64,000 bases of DNA from an uncultured Bacilli bacterium. GTDB taxonomy: Bacteria > Bacillota_I > Bacilli_A > RF39 > UBA660. The position numbers and the translations under genes were made by a program. Below the pieces are notes generated by a model. That model saw only the letters and a program-made list of their open reading frames with translations, was not told the DNA's origin and did not search any database. The stretch covers positions 16,370-80,369 of the forward strand of contig CALVJW010000001.1 of assembly GCA_944332435.1 (NCBI GenBank), given 5' to 3'. This document shows, piece by piece, positions 20,211 through 30,800 of the stretch. How positions within the stretch are numbered: the stretch's first letter is position 1; each line of letters begins with the position of its first letter.

Positions 20211-20309
20211 ATGGAGTTTTGGATTATTATGATTGTTTTTATTGGTATTGGTGGAAGTTGTTCATTAGCTGGTACTTGGTGGAGTAAAAAAAAGAAAAAT
20301 AATCAATAA
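20211..20309 (+). CDS. 32-aa membrane peptide
   Basis: GGAGGAG RBS 6 nt upstream. MEFWIIMIVFIGIGGSCSLAGTWWSKKKKNNQ. Terminator hairpin follows. Below the ORF-track size cutoff. Confidence 0.3.
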   Translation: MEFWIIMIVFIGIGGSCSLAGTWWSKKKKNNQ

Positions 20310-20362
20310 TAATAAAACAGTCGATAGGATTATCATTGTAATGATAGTCTTTTTTTATTATA

Positions 20363-20402
20363 TTGACAATTGTTATATAGTGTTATATAATACATATAAC
20401 AG
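20363..20402 (+). promoter_or_regulatory. Promoter with an overlapping GntR/YtrA-type operator
   Basis: TTGACA (20363-20368), 17 nt, TATAAT (20386-20391). TGTTATATA occurs twice directly (20371, 20381) and once inverted (ATATAACA 20394-20401). Confidence 0.55.
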
Positions 20403-20417
20403 TTAAGGAGGAAAAAT

Positions 20418-20798
20418 ATGAGAATCATTATTAGCAATAGTAGTTCAGTACCAATTTATGAACAAATAAAAAATGCAATTATTAATCAAATCATGAATGA
20501 TGAATTATCTACTGATGAAGCTTTACCATCTATTCGATCCTTAGCTCAGGACATAAAAATAAGTATTATGACTATTAAGAAAGCTTATGATGAATTAGAA
20601 CAAGAAGGCTATATCGTTTCAATTCAAGGAAAAGGTACTTTTGTTGCTCCTAAAAATAAAGAACTAGCACAGGAACAAGCACAAAAAGAAATAGAAAGTT
20701 ATTTTATGAAAGCAATCGATATTGCAGAAAGATATAATATTCGTAAAGAAAATTTAGTTGAATTGATAGACATGTTATATGGGAGTGATGATAAATGA
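20418..20798 (+). CDS. GntR-family (YtrA-subfamily) transcriptional regulator
   Basis: 126 aa. wHTH LPSIRSLAQDIKISIMTIKKAYDELEQEGYI with a short C-terminus. Heads an ABC operon. Confidence 0.85.
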   Translation: MRIIISNSSSVPIYEQIKNAIINQIMNDELSTDEALPSIRSLAQDIKISIMTIKKAYDELEQEGYIVSIQGKGTFVAPKNKELAQEQAQKEIESYFMKAIDIAERYNIRKENLVELIDMLYGSDDK

Positions 20799-21655
20799 AA
20801 AATGCTATTGAAATTAGAAATTTAGTTAAGAGTTATAGTGATAAATTTACTCTAGGAGAGATTAATTTAGATATTCCAAGTGGAATAATTATAGGGCTTA
20901 TTGGAGAAAATGGAGCAGGTAAAACAACACTTATTAAATCTATACTAAATATTATTAGATCAGATAAAGGAAATATAAAAATATTTGAAAAAGATATTAA
21001 GAAAAATGAATGTGAAATTAAAGAAAATATTGGTGTTGTACTAGATAATATGTTTTTCCCAGAATTATTAATGCCTAAAGATATAAATTCTATTATGAAA
21101 GATATTTATAAGAATTGGGATGAACAATTATTTCATAAATATTTAAGTGAATTTAAACTTAAAAATAATCAATCAATTAAATCAATGTCAAAGGGGATGA
21201 GAAAGAAGCTAGAGATTGCAACAGCGTTATCTCACCATCCAAAATTATTGATTTTAGATGAACCTACTAGTGGTCTTGATCCAGTAGTTAGAAATGAAGT
21301 GTTAGATATATTTTTAGATTTTATTCAAGATGAAGAGCATACAATTTTACTATCTACTCATATTACAAGTGACCTAGAACACATTGCCGATAAAATAATA
21401 TTTATTAATCAAGGAAAGGTTGTTCTAGATCAAAGTAGAGATGATTTGTTAGATAATTATGGAATATTGAAATGTGATGTTGATAAGTTTGATACTATAT
21501 CAAAAGATGACATCATTGCTTATAAGAAAAATAAATACGACTATGAAATATTAATTAATGATATTAATAAAATAAAGAAAAAATATAAAGATTTTATTAT
21601 TGATAAAATAACCTTAGAAGAACTTATGGTATTAATGATTAAGGGGGAAAAATAA
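20795..21655 (+). CDS. ABC transporter ATP-binding protein
   Basis: GENGAGKTT, MSKGMRKKL, LLILDEPTSGLD. Confidence 0.9.
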   Translation: MKNAIEIRNLVKSYSDKFTLGEINLDIPSGIIIGLIGENGAGKTTLIKSILNIIRSDKGNIKIFEKDIKKNECEIKENIGVVLDNMFFPELLMPKDINSIMKDIYKNWDEQLFHKYLSEFKLKNNQSIKSMSKGMRKKLEIATALSHHPKLLILDEPTSGLDPVVRNEVLDIFLDFIQDEEHTILLSTHITSDLEHIADKIIFINQGKVVLDQSRDDLLDNYGILKCDVDKFDTISKDDIIAYKKNKYDYEILINDINKIKKKYKDFIIDKITLEELMVLMIKGEK

Positions 21656-22284
21656 TGTTAGGTTTAATAAAAAAAGATTTGTTGATAATAAAAAATAATA
21701 TTAAATTTGCCATTATCTTTATTGTTGTATTTGTATGCTTCACAGAGCAAAGTAGTGAACTATTATATTTTGTACCAATATTTTTGAGTACAATGCTATT
21801 TATAAGTACATTTAGCTATGATGATTATAATAAATGGGATGCTTATGCTTGCACTTTACCTCAAGGAAAGAAAAGTGTTGTTAAAGCTAAATATTTAGCA
21901 AGTTTATTATTAACTTTAATGGCTGTTTTAATTACTTTAATTTTAGGTTTTATTATTGGAGCTATCAACAAAAACTTTGATGCAAAAGAAATGTTGGAAA
22001 TTATAAGTGGAGTTGTGGTTGCTATAGTATTATTGCAATCTATAATGTTCCCTTTAATGTACAAATATGGAGTTGAAAAAGGTAGAATTGGAATATTTTT
22101 GGGAGTATTTGGTATGAGTGGATTAATAGGATTTTTATTTAAATATCTTAATATAAAAATTCCTAATAATGTTATTCAAACATTTAATGATTATTGGTTT
22201 ATAATATTACCAATTATTGTAATTTTAATGATATTAGTTTCGTATAATATATCTAAGAAAATATATTTAAAAAAAGAATTCTAA
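21655..22284 (+). CDS. ABC-2 family permease
   Basis: 209 aa, about 6 TM. Start overlaps the ATPase stop. Confidence 0.65.
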   Translation: MLGLIKKDLLIIKNNIKFAIIFIVVFVCFTEQSSELLYFVPIFLSTMLFISTFSYDDYNKWDAYACTLPQGKKSVVKAKYLASLLLTLMAVLITLILGFIIGAINKNFDAKEMLEIISGVVVAIVLLQSIMFPLMYKYGVEKGRIGIFLGVFGMSGLIGFLFKYLNIKIPNNVIQTFNDYWFIILPIIVILMILVSYNISKKIYLKKEF

Positions 22285-22286
22285 TA

Positions 22287-22320
22287 AAACAAGCTAAATA
22301 GAGTTTTAGCTTGTTTTTTT
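22287..22320 (+). terminator. Rho-independent terminator
   Basis: AACAAGCTAAA / TTTAGCTTGTT stem followed by T7. Confidence 0.75.
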
Positions 22321-22373
22321 GTGTTTATATGATGTAGTTATAGTTTATATACTAATTCTAAAGATAATTTATT

Positions 22374-22570
22374 ATGTCTTTCTGATGGAAATTCGTTCTC
22401 AGACATTGTTGAGAAATTTGTCCAATAGAAAACTGTTTTATGCAATTAAAACATGAATGGTTATGTCAATTTGATAAATTAACTAAAAAAGAAGCAACTA
22501 AAGAAATAAAAAATTAGGATACTTGTCACCAGTACAGTATCGATTAAAATATAATACGTTAATTTACTAA
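22374..22570 (+). pseudogene. IS3-family transposase C-terminal remnant
   Basis: Broken frames read ...CPIENCFMQLKHEWLCQFDKLTKKEATKEIKN* and LGYLSPVQYRLKY. These match the ENFFgxLKxE ... LgyxSPvxyR end of IS3/IS150 OrfB. Confidence 0.55.
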
Positions 22571-22684
22571 TTAGCACCAAGCATGATATAATATATATGG
22601 TAACAAGTAGTAAATACAAAATAAAAAATTAATTTTTCTAGCAAAATATGATACAATGTATAAAATATAAATAAGGTGATAAAA

Positions 22685-23557
22685 ATGAATAAATCAGTAA
22701 AAGTAATGTGTTTTAGTATCGTAGTAAATTTGACTTTATCGGTTATAAAGATTATTGTTGGATTTTTTGGTAATAGTGGAGCTTTAATTGCTGATGGTGT
22801 GCATTCGTTAAGTGATTTTGGAACAGATTTTTTTGCGATAGCTGGAACCTTCTTTTCTAATAAACCAGCTGATGAAAATCATCCATATGGTCATGGAAAT
22901 ATTGAGTATTTAACAAGTATAGGAATTTCAATAGGAGTAATTATTGTAGGTATTTCAATTATATATGAAGCAATTGTAAGAAAAGCTGTCATACCGAGTA
23001 TAATAGTCATATTAGTAACAATATTCACAATTATTGCTAAATATTTACTTGCAAGTTTTATCTTGAAAAAAGGGAAAGAATATAATAACCATATTTTAAT
23101 TGCTAGTGCTAAAGAAAGTAATATGGATGTAATAAGTTCAATCGTTGTATTAATTTCATCAATTCTAATTCAATTTTCTAATCAAGTACCAGTACTAAAA
23201 TATAGTGATAAAGTTTCTATGTTTGTAATAGGAATATTTATAGTAATAGTTGGTATTAGTATTTTAAAAGAAAATATTAGTTTAATACTTGGTCAGCAAG
23301 TAGATGATGAAGAAATGAAATGTGAGATAGAGAGTATATTATTAAAACATAATAAAGTTCATGGGGTAATGAGTTTTATCTTAATAAAATTTGGACCACA
23401 TTATAAATTTAGTTGTACACTAAGAATGGAAGAAAATTTATCATTAAAAGAAGCACATAAAATAACAGAAGAATTAGAAGAGAAAATTAAAGAGTATAAT
23501 CATGATATAAATTACATTAATATTCATATGGAGCCAGAACAAAATACAACTTTATAA
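22685..23557 (+). CDS. Cation diffusion facilitator (CDF) transporter
   Basis: 6 TM with HSLSDFGTD and the C-terminal cytoplasmic domain. ATG 22685 behind AAGGTGA. Confidence 0.85.
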   Translation: MNKSVKVMCFSIVVNLTLSVIKIIVGFFGNSGALIADGVHSLSDFGTDFFAIAGTFFSNKPADENHPYGHGNIEYLTSIGISIGVIIVGISIIYEAIVRKAVIPSIIVILVTIFTIIAKYLLASFILKKGKEYNNHILIASAKESNMDVISSIVVLISSILIQFSNQVPVLKYSDKVSMFVIGIFIVIVGISILKENISLILGQQVDDEEMKCEIESILLKHNKVHGVMSFILIKFGPHYKFSCTLRMEENLSLKEAHKITEELEEKIKEYNHDINYINIHMEPEQNTTL

Positions 23558-23720
23558 AAAAATATTTAATCATACTAATGTTGTTTTTTCTTTTTGTGAT
23601 ATTTCTAATATGGTTATAATTATTAGCATTGGTGCTACTTTGAATTTAAGAAAATTGTAAAGTATATATTTACATTTATAGTAAGAAAAAAATAGTAATT
23701 TATTTAAATGGGGAGTAATT

Positions 23721-24182
23721 ATGAAAAAAGTAATAGTAATTGTTTTATTGTGTGAGGCCATGTTTCTAGGCATTACAGGTTGTAGTACAAATAAGAATGA
23801 GTTTGAAGTTGGTGATAAATCCGATATTGTGGTAAAAAATGATGATGTTTTATTATCTATAAAAAAAGAAACTTTAACAAATAAAGGGGCAACATTGATA
23901 TTAAAAAATAATGGCACTATGGATTTTGAATATGGGGAGCCATACGAAATTGAAATTAAAAAAAATGGGGATTGGCATAAAATTAATGTGGAATTAAATT
24001 TTATTTTACCTATTTATATTCTTAAAAAAGGTGAAACAAAAGAGATTAATTTAAACTGGGAAAATGGATATGGGAAATTATCTCCTGGAACATATAGAAT
24101 TATAAAATCCATAAATTATAAAAATGATAAAAATAATGATCAGTTATTTAATATAGCTGCGGAGTTTATGATTGAATCATAA
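23721..24182 (+). CDS. Lipoprotein, Ig-like domain candidate
   Basis: Lipobox LGITGCS. 153 aa. Confidence 0.55.
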   Translation: MKKVIVIVLLCEAMFLGITGCSTNKNEFEVGDKSDIVVKNDDVLLSIKKETLTNKGATLILKNNGTMDFEYGEPYEIEIKKNGDWHKINVELNFILPIYILKKGETKEINLNWENGYGKLSPGTYRIIKSINYKNDKNNDQLFNIAAEFMIES

Positions 24183-24561
24183 ATTATAATTGGAAACCGA
24201 TGAGGTTATGAAAAAACAGTAATTGTATATTTGGACTTATTAATACAGATTATTTCATAAATCAATATATAAATGATAGTTAAAATCTCTTAGTTAGATA
24301 CTTTTTTAAAGATTGCACTTGGAATGTAATCTTTTTTGTGGAAGAACAATAAAAATTCTTAAAATAGTTGTGAGAAACAAAAATAGGAAAATTTTCAATT
24401 TAATGAAAAAGGTTAATAATTGATTAGAAATTTTGTAATGTGATTATAAAATTAAAAAAAATAATAATACTACTTACATTTTGTGATGAAAAGAAAAAAA
24501 TGATATAATATTAACTGTATAGAATGATATTTTATGCTTAGTAAAATAAGGAGAAGATGAT

Positions 24562-25254
24562 ATGAAATATTCAAAAGAAGTTGAAAATATGTGCTCAGTA
24601 AAATGTGGTGCTAGTCATGGATGTGCACCAATTCCTGAAGAAGGAAAATGGGTATATTCGAGAGAAATTAAAGATATTTGTGGACTTACTCATGGTATTG
24701 GGTGGTGTGCACCTCAACAAGGAGCATGTAAGTTAACATTAAATATTAAAGAAGGGATTATTGAAGAAGCATTAATTGAAACGTTAGGATGTTCTGGTAT
24801 GACTCATTCAGCAGCTATGGCATCAGAGGCATTGGTTGGTAAAACTTTATTAGAAGCTTTAAATACAGATTTAGTTTGTGATGCAATTAATACTGCGATG
24901 CGAGAGTTATTTTTACAAATTGTTTATGGTCGTAGTCAATCAGCTTTTTCTGAAGGTGGACTACCGATTGGGGCAGGTTTAGAAGATTTAGGAAAAGGAA
25001 CTCGCTCACAAGTTGGAACTTGTTATTCTACTAAATTAAAAGGGCCTCGTTATTTGGAGTTAGCTGAAGGATATGTAATGAAGCTAGGCTTAGATGAAAA
25101 TGATGAAATAATAGGCTATGAATATGTAAATATGGGATTATTTATGGATGCGATAAAAAAAGGTGAAAATCCTATGGAAGCACTTGAGAAGGCGAAAGGA
25201 ATTTATGGACGATATCAAGAAGCAGTGAAATATATCGATCCAAGAGAGGAATAG
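24562..25254 (+). CDS. Cys-rich NifU/IscU-N-like protein, partner of the GGGtGRT protein
   Basis: GCSGMTHSAAMASE, WCAPQQGAC. 12-nt gap to the next gene. Confidence 0.5.
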   Translation: MKYSKEVENMCSVKCGASHGCAPIPEEGKWVYSREIKDICGLTHGIGWCAPQQGACKLTLNIKEGIIEEALIETLGCSGMTHSAAMASEALVGKTLLEALNTDLVCDAINTAMRELFLQIVYGRSQSAFSEGGLPIGAGLEDLGKGTRSQVGTCYSTKLKGPRYLELAEGYVMKLGLDENDEIIGYEYVNMGLFMDAIKKGENPMEALEKAKGIYGRYQEAVKYIDPREE

Positions 25255-25266
25255 GGGGGATTAGAG

Positions 25267-26271
25267 ATGGCATTATTTGAAAGTTATGAAAGACGTATTG
25301 ATAAAATTAATGAAGTATTAAATACATATGGTATTTCTTCACTTGAAGAAGCAAAAAAAATAGTTGATGATTTGGGGGTTGATGTTTATAGTATCGTAAA
25401 AGGGATTCAGCCTATTTGCTTTGAAAATGCTTGTTGGGCATACATCGTTGGTGCAGCAATTGCAATTAAAAAAGGAAATAGTGAAGCTTGTGAAGTTGCA
25501 AAGGCAATTGGTGAGGGATTACAATCTTTTTGTATTCCAGGATCTGTTGCTGATGATAGAAAAGTTGGCTTAGGACATGGTAATTTAGCGGCTATGCTTT
25601 TAAGTGAAGACACGAAATGTTTTGCTTTTCTAGCAGGACATGAAAGTTTTGCAGCTGCCGAAGGGGCAATTGGTATTGCCAGAAATGCTAATAAAGCACG
25701 AAAAGAACCATTACGTGTTATTTTAAATGGCTTAGGAAAAGATGCGGCTAAAATTATTTCTAGAATCAATGGATTTACGTATGTAGAAACAAAGTTTGAC
25801 TATTACACGGGTAAATTGACGGTTATTTCTAAAACGCCATATTCTAATGGAGAGAGAGCCTTAGTCGATTGTTATGGAGCAGATGATGTTCGTGAAGGAG
25901 TTGCCATTATGCATTATGAAGGTGTTGACGTTTCAATTACCGGAAACTCAACGAATCCAACACGTTTCCAACATCCTGTTGCTGGTACTTATAAAAAAGA
26001 ATGTATCGAACAGGGAAAAAAATATTTCTCAGTTGCTAGTGGTGGTGGAACAGGTCGGACATTACATCCCGATAATATGGCAGCTGGACCAGCTTCTTAT
26101 GGTATGACGGATACAATGGGAAGAATGCATTCTGATGCACAATTTGCTGGATCTTCCTCTGTTCCTGCTCATGTTGAAATGATGGGATTAATTGGTATGG
26201 GGAATAATCCTATGGTTGGAGCCAGTGTAGCTGTTGCTGTAGCAATTTCAGAATCAATGAAAAATAAATAG
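25267..26271 (+). CDS. GGGtGRT family protein (uncharacterised)
   Basis: Contains the family-defining string VASGGGTGRTLHPDN. 334 aa. Confidence 0.8.
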   Translation: MALFESYERRIDKINEVLNTYGISSLEEAKKIVDDLGVDVYSIVKGIQPICFENACWAYIVGAAIAIKKGNSEACEVAKAIGEGLQSFCIPGSVADDRKVGLGHGNLAAMLLSEDTKCFAFLAGHESFAAAEGAIGIARNANKARKEPLRVILNGLGKDAAKIISRINGFTYVETKFDYYTGKLTVISKTPYSNGERALVDCYGADDVREGVAIMHYEGVDVSITGNSTNPTRFQHPVAGTYKKECIEQGKKYFSVASGGGTGRTLHPDNMAAGPASYGMTDTMGRMHSDAQFAGSSSVPAHVEMMGLIGMGNNPMVGASVAVAVAISESMKNK

Positions 26272-26369
26272 ATTGATACATAAAGACATGGTAATGGATT
26301 TATGGTAAGTAAAAAGATAAAAGTATGGAATATAAATTTAAAAAAAATGATAATTTTATGTGTAAATTA

Positions 26370-27059
26370 TCATTTTTTATATGTTTTAGTAATAATTGGA
26401 TACGGATGTTTTATATTATTAAAGTAATCTATTTTTATTTCCATATCATTTGGCAACCCTTTGTTTACTTCACTCATTACATATTCATTCCATAAATATT
26501 GCATTTGATGGTATGAAAGGTATGGAATAGATTTTAACTTTTGACTTTCGAAATGAGTACACCCACAGAGTGCAATAGAAAATGGTATGTGATTCTTTCG
26601 CGCATTTCTTATAATTGGTATTGTTGCTTCACATGTATAAGTTCCAATGATTAAATCACAACTTTTAATCTTAGTTTTTTCCGTAAATGCTTCTTTTTTT
26701 AAAATAATACCATTTAATTTGTTGACCACTAAATTTGGATCAAAAACAGTGATTGTTCCTGTTTTCAATTTTACTTGTTTCTCTTTTATATAAGTAGCAA
26801 GTGCAGGGTAAACCCCACCACCAACATCGATAATATTATGATCTAATGTAAAGTATTTTTCTAAATTTGCAAGAAATTCTAAATACATATTATCATTTTC
26901 TTCTAAAATATCACAAGCACTATATGCTTGAGAAACTACATCACACATACAATTGGTAGATAAGGAATTTAAGATGAAATCTTTCATTTTTTCATCATAG
27001 TCATATTTTTTTAAAAATACTTCTAATCTTTTTTTCTTTTCTTGATAAGTAAGATCCAT
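26370..27059 (-). CDS. Hypothetical protein with a Rossmann-like Gly loop
   Basis: IIDVGGGVYP. 229 aa. No further assignment. Confidence 0.4.
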   Translation of the reverse strand: MDLTYQEKKKRLEVFLKKYDYDEKMKDFILNSLSTNCMCDVVSQAYSACDILEENDNMYLEFLANLEKYFTLDHNIIDVGGGVYPALATYIKEKQVKLKTGTITVFDPNLVVNKLNGIILKKEAFTEKTKIKSCDLIIGTYTCEATIPIIRNARKNHIPFSIALCGCTHFESQKLKSIPYLSYHQMQYLWNEYVMSEVNKGLPNDMEIKIDYFNNIKHPYPIITKTYKK

Positions 27060-27327
27060 GCAATCTCTCCTTTCAAACTGTAAGAATATTATACATATTT
27101 TTATCTTAATGTCAATTTATAACTGATGCTTCCTTTTTAGATTATAGTTTAAATTTATATAGAGAAGTAGTAGATGAATGTAAAAATGTGACACCTAATA
27201 TCATGCCATTTCATACATAATATCATAAAAATATTTAAAAATGATGATGAATCAAAATGATAAAAAATAGGATAGTTGTGTTATAATATAAATGGAAGGC
27301 TAAATCGTTTTTTATAGGAGGAACAAA

Positions 27328-27759
27328 ATGGATATATTATCTATTTCAATTATAATATTTTGTGTTATGGAATTAGGAAATGTATTAATTTTATATTTTA
27401 TGCCTGATTCTAAATTAGGAAATGGGGTAGCTGTATTTGATAGTTGGAGAGATGTAAAAAAAGATGAGTCGTTAGATTTATTTGCTCATTATATGGCTTA
27501 TTGGGTTGCTGGAGTAAAACTTATTTTTATATTTCTTTTAATGGTAGTTCTTTTTACAGGTACAGAAGTGACAAAAATGTGGGCAGTTATTGCTATGATA
27601 TTATCTATAGCTACTTATTTTTGGAAATTACATCCAATAATAAAAAAATTAGATAGAATGAATAAAATTACTCCTAAGGGGTATTCCAAAATATTAGGAT
27701 TTATGATTATTGGTTTTTTATTAATGTTTACAATTGCTTTAATTATATATTTAATATAA
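27328..27759 (+). CDS. Integral membrane protein
   Basis: 143 aa, 4 TM. Confidence 0.5.
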   Translation: MDILSISIIIFCVMELGNVLILYFMPDSKLGNGVAVFDSWRDVKKDESLDLFAHYMAYWVAGVKLIFIFLLMVVLFTGTEVTKMWAVIAMILSIATYFWKLHPIIKKLDRMNKITPKGYSKILGFMIIGFLLMFTIALIIYLI

Positions 27760-27876
27760 TCATAATAATTAAATTATAATTTATAAAAAAATAGAAGTAG
27801 AAAAAAGTTATTTCTATTTTTTTTTCTATTCAAGTTAAAATCATGATATAATATTATATTAAGCGAGGTGAAAAAT

Positions 27877-30800
27877 ATGGCTAATTTAGCACGTATTGAA
27901 GATATCATTGAAGTAGTAGGAATGACCAATTATATTAAATCATTAGAGTTACCTGAACATCAACTAAAATATACCGGTTATATTATAGATGATGCTAATC
28001 AAGCCGTTTTAAACTTTAAATATATATATTCACAAGAACAAGTTTATTTACAGAAAGTTGCAATTTCAAAAAATCGAAAATTAACATTTATTCAATGTAG
28101 CTGCCATGACTTTAATGAGCAAGAATATTGTCCCCATATTGCCTTAGTCATTAAATTTTTATTTGAACAAAAAGAAATGATAAATGAAATCGTTGATAGC
28201 TTAAAAACAGAGCAAGATAATACTTTTAATCAATATTTATTTTCCCAATTTATAAAAGAAAAAAATCAGAAGCAGCCGATTACATTAGAGATTATTTTAA
28301 AAAAAGAATACTACTATCATCAAGAAAATGGCACCTATTTACTACAGTTAAAAATAGGGCAAGAAAAATTATATCAATTAAATTCGCAATTACGTTATTT
28401 TTTACAAAATTATCATGATCCTGAATTTGAATGGGAGTTTGGTAAATATTTTACTTATCAAAGTAAAATTCACTATTTTAAAGAAAATGACGAAAAAATA
28501 CTTTCTTTTTTATCTGCTTACTATAGTACTAAAAATCCTTATGAATCTTATTACGATAACAAAATTTTATTATCAGAATCGTTAGTTAAACAGTTTTTCC
28601 CTTTACTGAAACAACATGATTTTTATATTCAAACGGGTTTACTAACAGAACATTATTCTAAAATACGTACTGATTTTAAACTAGAAAGTGAATTAAAAGA
28701 AGAAAATGAAGAGATTGAATTAGTATTGCCAAACTTAAATATCGAAGCCCTTACTTCTGATTACACATATATAAAATATCAAAATCATATTTATGCATTA
28801 GAGGAAGAAAGTGCAAAATTATTATCTATTTTAGTAACAAATAAACGGAAAAATATTGTATTTAAAAAAGAAGAATATGAACAATTTGGTAAATTGATAC
28901 TTCCTGTGATTAAAAAGATGGATCAAGGTGTAAAAATAGATCATAAAATAAAAGAACAATTTTTAGATACACCGTTAATACCTAAATTTTATATTAATGC
29001 GAAAGATCAAGCGATATGTGCTAAAATCATGTTGACATATCAAGATAAGGAGATAAACTTATTAGAAAAAAATAATAAGATAGGGGATCACTTTATTGTA
29101 AGAAATTCTTCATTAGAGCAGACTTACATTGATGCATTAATTGATTATGGATTTACTTGTAATCAAAAAGAACAAGAATTTGTACTAACAGAAGTAGACC
29201 ATATTGCTACATTTTTAGAGTATGGATTAGATGCATTATGTCATAAATATCAGGTATTTGTTTCTAAAGAGGTAAAAAATAAACGAATTATGAAAACAGT
29301 TTATGTAAAAAGTTCCTTTGAAATTGGTAAAGATAATATATTATCTTATCAATTTGATTGTAACCAAGTACCAAAAGAAGAATTATATCAATTATTAGTT
29401 TCTATCAAAGAAAATAAAAAATATTATCAACTTAAAAATGGGGATATTCTTTCTTTACGTGATTCCGATTTAGAAACGTTTACATACTTGGTTGATTCTT
29501 TTGATTTAACAGAAGAAGAACTGAAAAAAGGAAATGTTTTTATAGAACCATATCAATTAGCTAAAGTAGAAGATGTATTAGAACAAGAGTATGTTACTTA
29601 TGGAATGGATGTTCAAACTTTGTTAAATCGTTTTCACAATTATAAAAATCAAAAAATTATTTGGGATGAAGAAAGCGAAAAAATTTTAAGAGAATATCAA
29701 AAAGATGGAGTCAAATTTTTTGTGATGCTTGCAGAATGTGGATTTGGTGGTATTTTAGCAGACGAAATGGGTCTTGGAAAATCCTTGCAAACGATCACTT
29801 ATATGAAATTACAGTTACAAAAAAATAGGGACGCAAAATTTTTAATTGTCGTACCGACTTCATTAATTTATAATTGGGAGAATGAAATTAAAAAATTTGC
29901 GCCCGAATTATCCTATTTAATTGTTAACGATAAAAAGAATGAAAGAGTAGAACGCCTACACAAATTGGATAATGTACAAATCATCATTACTACGTACGGA
30001 CTTCTTCGTCAAGATATTGAATTGTATGAAAATTTATCATTCCATACTTGCATTATTGATGAAGCACAGGCCATTAAGAATCTAACAAGCCAAAATGCCA
30101 AGGCGGTGAAAAAGATTGTCGCAACTACAAAATTTGCTCTTACTGGAACACCAATTGAAAATTCGATTTTAGAGTTATGGAGTATTTTTGATTTTGTCAT
30201 GCCAGGATTTTTGAAAAATAGTAAACAATTTAAAGAATTGTATAGCGTAAAAAAAATTGAAGAACATCCTGAACGTTTAGACGAATTAAAAAAACAAATT
30301 AGTCCATTTATTTTAAGAAGAAAGAAAAGCGATGTTTTAAAGGATTTACCAGAGAAAATAGAAAATACAGTGTATATTGATTTAACAGAAGAACAAAAGA
30401 AATTATATCTAGCTTGGTTAGAGACAACAAAAGAAGAAATTGAAAAAGTAGTAAAAGATGGTAATTTTGAAAAGAGTCAAATTTTAATTTTATCACTTCT
30501 TATGAAGTTACGACAAATTTGTATTGAGCCAAGATTAATTATGGAAAACTATAAAGGGGAAAGTGCTAAACTTGTTACATTATTAGATATGTTGAAACAA
30601 ATCATTGAAAATGGTCATAAAGTATTATTATTTTCCCAATTTCCCTCAGCACTACAATTTATAAAAGAAGCCTTTGATGAAGAAAAGATTACCTATTACT
30701 ATTTAGATGGTTCTACTAAGAGTAAAACAAGGATGGAATTAGTAGATAAATTTAATCAGGATGAAACAAATGTATTTTTAATTTCTTTAAAAGCTGGTGG

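Noticed and set aside
23570-23917. 115-aa minus-strand ORF overlapping the start of the lipoprotein gene
   Set aside because: It covers the intergenic promoter region and the 5' end of a better-supported plus-strand gene. It has no RBS and a low-complexity sequence.
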